Source: Alphaproteobacteria bacterium (lineage in GTDB: Bacteria > Pseudomonadota > Alphaproteobacteria > UBA7887). From it: a stretch of DNA of 64,000 nt. The stretch is from positions 4,096,001 through 4,160,000 of the forward strand of contig CBDCGL010000011.1 in the NCBI GenBank assembly GCA_965216755.1. The letters are read 5' to 3'. How positions within the stretch are numbered: position 1 is the first letter of the stretch; each line of letters starts with the position of its first letter. Positions 59,537 to 64,000 of this stretch are shown here, one piece after another. Both the position numbers and the translations under genes were made by a program. The notes under the pieces are model-generated. The model worked only from the letters and a program-made list of their open reading frames with translations. It did no database searches and was not told where the DNA came from.

Positions 59537-61288
59537 CTAGGGTCCAACACCACTCCGTCGCAGTCCTTCCAGGTATAGCGCCATACATTGTTGATCCGTG
59601 ATCAAGTGGTGCTTGCGAACAAACTCGATCGAGAACGCTGGAAAGTGCTTGCGGATTTCCTCCAGGATTCGCGGCACTTCGTCAAGCCGTTCCAGATACC
59701 CCAAGGCAACCAACAAATTGGCATGGCGCGACCACTGAAAGTTGGGTTGGCGGATGGCCTTTCGCGCCCATTCGGCGGCGGCTTCGAAATTCTCTTGGAA
59801 CAGATAGGCGTCCGACAAACGCACCATGAACGAACCTATGTGGGTATCGTATGGGCTCAAACGGATCGCCTTCTCCAGATGCGGTACCGCTTCCGCCGGC
59901 CGTCCGATGAAGCTTAAGGACGCGCCAAGCCCGTAATGCGCCCAAGCCATGCTCGGATTGAGCGCCAGCGCAGCCTCAAGTTCCGGAATGGCGGCGTTGT
60001 GATCCAGACGCACCATAAGAGCCTTGCCAAGGGCACACCGTGCCGCGGGATCCTGCGGATCAATGGCGACCGCCCGCCGCGCGCAGTCCAAAGCTTGATC
60101 ACGACAATGCTGTACATCGTCGCCCAGCCCCATGGTGACGTCGTAGTAATAGGCATCGACCAAGGCGGCATGGGCGGCCGGAAAGTTTGGCGCGGCGTCG
60201 ACGACGCGGCCAAGCAACGCCTTCGCGTCCTGGTGGCTTTCGCGGGTCCTTTGGAACAACGCTGACAGGGCTTGCTGGTAGAGCTGCCAGGCGTCCAGGT
60301 CTTGTGGCCTATTGATGGCCGTTTTTTGGCGTTCGGCTTTACCAATCGCGGGCTCAAGCGCGGCGACGATAGTTTCGGTCAGTTCATCTTGCAGATCGAA
60401 TATGTCTTCAAGCCGACGATCATAGCGCTGTGCCCAATCGGCCCGGCCCGTGGCGCAAGAGATCAGTTGCGCCGTGACCCGTACGCGCGGACCCGCCCGC
60501 CGAATGCTGCCTTCGACTATATAGCCAACGTCTAGGTCCCGGGCGAGGCGACGAAAATCTGGGGCTTCGCCTTTAAAGGCAAATGCCGAATTCCGCGCGA
60601 TGACGGGAAAGCTCCGACAAGCCGCCAACGCCGTGATGATGTCGTCCGTCAAGCCATCAGCGAAGTGTTCGTGCTCTGGGTCGTTGCCCAAGTTGGCGAA
60701 CGGCAAGACCACCACGCCCGGCTGAGTCCACATTTCGCCGACCGCGGCATCTTTTGCGGCTGGTTCCCCGTCACCCACGGCGTAGGCATGCAATGGCGCG
60801 GAAATGTTTTTGACTTGGTGCGTGCCAAGGTCGGCGAAATTAAGGTCCAACTTGTTGTGGACCTGCGCGTAGACCGAATCCGAAATGGCAATACGACCAG
60901 GCGCGGCCAACGCTTCCAGGCGCGCCGTCACATTGACGCCATCGCCGTAGACAGTGCCATCGTCTTTCTCAATCACGTCACCAAGATTGATGCCAATACG
61001 AAACTGAAGGTATTGCCGTTCGGGCGTGGGGTTTGCGCGCTCCCTCAAAGCTTTCTGCACGACAATCGCGCATTGGGTTGCTTCCACAACGCTTTCGAAA
61101 ACCGCCAGAATGCTATCGCCCGCGGTATCGACGACGCGACCGTGATGGCGTTCGATCGTTTCGCGAAACACAGTGCGACTGGCGTCGAGCGCATTGATGG
61201 TTCCCTGTTCGTCGGAACCCATGAGACGGCTGTACCCAACCACGTCGGCCGCCAAGATCGCGGCCAATCTCCTTCTCGAATCGGCCAT
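59537..61288 (-). CDS. Class III adenylate/guanylate cyclase with TolB-like and TPR domains
   Basis: AILAADVVGYSRLM, AGDS, RIGINLGDV, GDGVNVTARLE, VVLPFANL, C-terminal TPRs. Confidence 0.92.
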   Translation of the reverse strand: MADSRRRLAAILAADVVGYSRLMGSDEQGTINALDASRTVFRETIERHHGRVVDTAGDSILAVFESVVEATQCAIVVQKALRERANPTPERQYLQFRIGINLGDVIEKDDGTVYGDGVNVTARLEALAAPGRIAISDSVYAQVHNKLDLNFADLGTHQVKNISAPLHAYAVGDGEPAAKDAAVGEMWTQPGVVVLPFANLGNDPEHEHFADGLTDDIITALAACRSFPVIARNSAFAFKGEAPDFRRLARDLDVGYIVEGSIRRAGPRVRVTAQLISCATGRADWAQRYDRRLEDIFDLQDELTETIVAALEPAIGKAERQKTAINRPQDLDAWQLYQQALSALFQRTRESHQDAKALLGRVVDAAPNFPAAHAALVDAYYYDVTMGLGDDVQHCRDQALDCARRAVAIDPQDPAARCALGKALMVRLDHNAAIPELEAALALNPSMAWAHYGLGASLSFIGRPAEAVPHLEKAIRLSPYDTHIGSFMVRLSDAYLFQENFEAAAEWARKAIRQPNFQWSRHANLLVALGYLERLDEVPRILEEIRKHFPAFSIEFVRKHHLITDQQCMALYLEGLRRSGVGP

Positions 61289-61439
61289 TTGCGCAGCATA
61301 CTACATGGAACGACAATGGCATTGGTGTTGATGCGCTGACTCAGGGCAGGTCGTTTGCGCCGGCCGCAAGGCGCGGCGTCGATTGTCTAGGGCGCGTGCA
61401 CCGGTGCGTCGTTTTGTCTTCATGGATGGAGAAGCGACA

Positions 61440-61847
61440 GTGTCATCACATCCGGGCCCATTCAGTCTTGTTGACACCCGCCTTGTGCTTGGTCCCGAAG
61501 GCGTTGCGACGCCGCGGACGGTGTCTTCAACTTTCTACCAAGACCTCGATGCCGCGTTCGATGGATTTGTCGGCCATATGCTGGTCGCTGAGCATAGTTT
61601 CCAAGCTGCCTGGTCCACCTGGGAAATGCACCCAAAGGGCGATGAGTTCGTCTATTTGTTGGAGGGTGATGCGGAATTCGTTCTGTGGACTGACGGTGCC
61701 GAAAATAAGGTCCGCTTACACCAGCCGGGGCAGTATGTGGTGGTGCCGAAAGGGAACTGGCACACGCTACGACCGCAAAGGCCGAGCCGTATGCTGTTCG
61801 TCACGCCAGGTGAAGGGACCCGCAATGCCGCGCGGCCGGAACCCTAA
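61440..61847 (+). CDS. Cupin-domain protein
   Basis: WEMHPKGDEFVYLLEG, VVPKGNWH; GTG start with GGAGA RBS (ATG 61422 is an alternative). Confidence 0.85.
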   Translation: MSSHPGPFSLVDTRLVLGPEGVATPRTVSSTFYQDLDAAFDGFVGHMLVAEHSFQAAWSTWEMHPKGDEFVYLLEGDAEFVLWTDGAENKVRLHQPGQYVVVPKGNWHTLRPQRPSRMLFVTPGEGTRNAARPEP

Positions 61848-61903
61848 AGCGACGTCGATGCGCTTCAGGTCGCCGGCCGAGCCATTGGCGTCTCCTGCCG
61901 GCG

Positions 61904-62824
61904 TCAGCGATTCAAGAAATTCAGCGGTTGGCCGGCACAGTGCCAGTCCATTTCGTAAAGAATGCCAAGACCTGAAGAGGTGATGTAAGCCTGGCGGAGG
62001 TGGGGTCCGCCGAAACAAATGTTGGTGACCATCATATCAAACTCGGACACGGGGACGACCGCTCGCACGTCGCCGTTCGGCGAGATTGCCGTGACGCACC
62101 CAGTGCCCAAAGTCGCAACGACGATATTTCCTTCGCTGTCCAGCGCCAGCGAGTCCAAACGCTCATAACCCGGGCAACGATAATGCAGGCGTCCCGGGAA
62201 CAGTGGATGCGGCGCCGGGCCCAGTTTGCTTGGCGCTACGATGTCCCACGCCCAGATTCGGGCACCGGCCGTCTCCGCGACATAAAGGGTTTTCTCATCG
62301 GCTGACAGGCCGATGCCGTTTGGTGTGTCAATCGGAAACACGATCTCCGCAATGTGACTGCCGTCCGGCCGCGCGTAGTAAACCGCGCCGCGATCGATCT
62401 GCCGCCCCCGGCGCTTGCCGAGATCCGTGAAGTAAAACCCGCCCGTGGCGTCGAAGACGATGTCGTTGGGGCCTTTCAGCGGTTCTCCGTCGCAGTGGGT
62501 GTACAGCGTCTCCACAGCGCCGCTGCCGAGATCCACGGCCTGAATGCTGCCGCCGGTATAGCTATCGGGCGGCACATCGCCAGGGCGCCGGAACGGTCCA
62601 TCCTGCATCCACACGAAACCGCCATTGTTGCACACATAAATGCGCCCATCCGGGCCCACGGCCGCGCCATTCGGCCCGCCGCCACAGGTGGCGACAACCT
62701 CACGCTTGCCGTGCGGGTCGATGCGGGTCAACGTGCCGGCCTCAATTTCGACCAACACAATCGAACCGTCGTTCAGGGCGATAGGCCCTTCTGGAAATTG
62801 GAGGCCACGACAGACTTCTTTCAT
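61904..62824 (-). CDS. SMP-30/gluconolactonase family protein
   Basis: LQFPEGP, GGPNG, PNDIVFD...FYFTD, PNGIGLS, TNICFGG. Confidence 0.92.
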   Translation of the reverse strand: MKEVCRGLQFPEGPIALNDGSIVLVEIEAGTLTRIDPHGKREVVATCGGGPNGAAVGPDGRIYVCNNGGFVWMQDGPFRRPGDVPPDSYTGGSIQAVDLGSGAVETLYTHCDGEPLKGPNDIVFDATGGFYFTDLGKRRGRQIDRGAVYYARPDGSHIAEIVFPIDTPNGIGLSADEKTLYVAETAGARIWAWDIVAPSKLGPAPHPLFPGRLHYRCPGYERLDSLALDSEGNIVVATLGTGCVTAISPNGDVRAVVPVSEFDMMVTNICFGGPHLRQAYITSSGLGILYEMDWHCAGQPLNFLNR

Positions 62825-62893
62825 CTTTTCTGTTCCTCACTGATTTTTTGCCCGGGCCGGCCCACAGGGGGCGCGGGGTGAACGGCGTAAGTT

Positions 62894-63901
62894 CTATGGG
62901 TTGGCGAACGGATCGGCGCTGATCCATTCGACGGTCTCGCGCAGCATGGTCGGAACATCGCGGATCGCGACACCCAAACTATCCCTTCGGGTGAAATCAA
63001 ACCCGGTCGCCGCAACCGGCGGTTCCGTTAGCGGCTCGGGCATCTTCATACCCGGCAATAGTTTGTGAAGCGCCGCGTAAATATCCTGCCAGTGCCAGCT
63101 TTCGCACACTCCGAAATAGCGGCCCGTCGCGATTGGATTCTCAAAAGCAGCGAGAAAAAGTTGCGCAAGATCGTGCACATGAATCATCGATGTCGAGTCG
63201 TTTGGGATCTTGCGATGACGCCCTTCCTCACCGTTTATCAAACACTGCAACCAGGCATGTGGGTTGTGCTGCATATGGTGCGGCAACAGAACGGGACCGT
63301 ACATGCCCGTTGGCATGATGATGGCAAGCCGCAAATCGTTTTCCGCGGCAAACGCGATCGCGGCTTTTTCCATGACGGTCTTTGCGGCGGACGTGTATTT
63401 CTTGGCGCGATGTTGTTCGTTCTCGTCAGACCAGTGGTCGACTTCGTTCTTGATCGGCACGGGCGGAACCGGATTGGTACTGCTGGTGCTGCTGCAGATC
63501 ACGACGTTCTTGACGTCCTGGCGCACCGCCGCGCGCAGGATATTCATGCACCCATCAACGGTTGGCTTGACAATTTCTTCGTACCCCTGCTTGTCATCCA
63601 TCTCGCGGGCCGGTTTGCCCGAAACACCGAAGTAGGTTGGGATCAGGCAGGCAATGAAAACACAGGCGGTGCCGGTTATAGCGGCGTCGAACGCCCGGTT
63701 TTCGGCCATGTCGGCGCGGAACAACCGCAGTCGGTCCGAGGCGCCCGGCGGCCTTTGCAAATGGGCGATTTTGTCGGCGGTATCTGTGCCGCGCAGCGTG
63801 CCGTGAACGACATAGCCACGGTCCAGGGCCGCTCTAGCGATATTGGAGCCAACAAGCCCACTGACGCCGGCAACACAAACCGCCTGTTCTTTGGTTGGCA
63901 T
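62894..63901 (-). CDS. NAD-dependent epimerase/dehydratase (dihydroflavonol-reductase-like extended SDR)
   Basis: VCVAGVSGLVGS, VHGTLR, YTSAAK, IHVHDLAQL. Confidence 0.88.
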   Translation of the reverse strand: MPTKEQAVCVAGVSGLVGSNIARAALDRGYVVHGTLRGTDTADKIAHLQRPPGASDRLRLFRADMAENRAFDAAITGTACVFIACLIPTYFGVSGKPAREMDDKQGYEEIVKPTVDGCMNILRAAVRQDVKNVVICSSTSSTNPVPPVPIKNEVDHWSDENEQHRAKKYTSAAKTVMEKAAIAFAAENDLRLAIIMPTGMYGPVLLPHHMQHNPHAWLQCLINGEEGRHRKIPNDSTSMIHVHDLAQLFLAAFENPIATGRYFGVCESWHWQDIYAALHKLLPGMKMPEPLTEPPVAATGFDFTRRDSLGVAIRDVPTMLRETVEWISADPFANP

Positions 63902-64000
63902 TTCTCCCACCTCATCTAACGTTGGACGTCGTATGCTATGAAGTCTCTCGTCCTTTCACAGCAGATTCGGCAGACTAGAGAGGTTCCCGCCGGGTCGGGA

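Noticed and set aside
63975-64000. CTAGAGAGGTTCCC as the start of another CTAGAG-ended element
   Set aside because: Only 6 nt match and the window ends before a partner end could be seen.

Overview
A GC-rich alphaproteobacterial chromosome segment; gene order suggests Rhodospirillales/Rhizobiales-like. Positions 1-18.9 kb are conserved core genes: hflK-hflC-DUF2065-degP, serB, miaA, ilvB, an inserted antisense secreted TPR gene, ilvN, ilvC, leuA with a Leu-rich leader, and mreBCD-mrdA-rodA, ending at tRNA-Lys(CTT). Just after the tRNA are an IHF consensus and tandem arm-like repeats, then about 45 kb of accessory DNA with no integrase seen in the window. This region holds a LexA-boxed small ORF, an unannotated ribbon-helix-helix microprotein, a TRAP transporter, an IS481 stub and a LysR gene. 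It also holds two strong candidates for uncharacterised systems. (i) A co-oriented cluster: a PQQ dehydrogenase with the lanthanide-type DYD motif, a cytochrome c, a complete amino-acid (HAAT/LIV) ABC importer, and deletion-fused glyA/sdaA remnants. This suggests periplasmic amino-alcohol oxidation followed by amino-acid import. (ii) A coenzyme F420 cluster (fbiC-npdG-cofE-cofD-cofC) continuing into an LLM oxidoreductase, a CaiB/BaiF CoA-transferase and an MtaA/URO-D-family protein, with a convergent Ddn-type F420 reductase. Further along: a di-heme DHOR protein with DUF1847, a secreted metacaspase-SH3-DUF1566 protein beside a perfect 26-bp inverted repeat, a flavin monooxygenase with an Arg-less Rid protein, two CPA2 antiporters, an Asp-box protein, a dif-like site, a cyclase-TPR protein and small enzymes. 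A CTAGAGC-ended MITE family recurs at three sites. All calls come from reading motifs by eye; no database searches were run.
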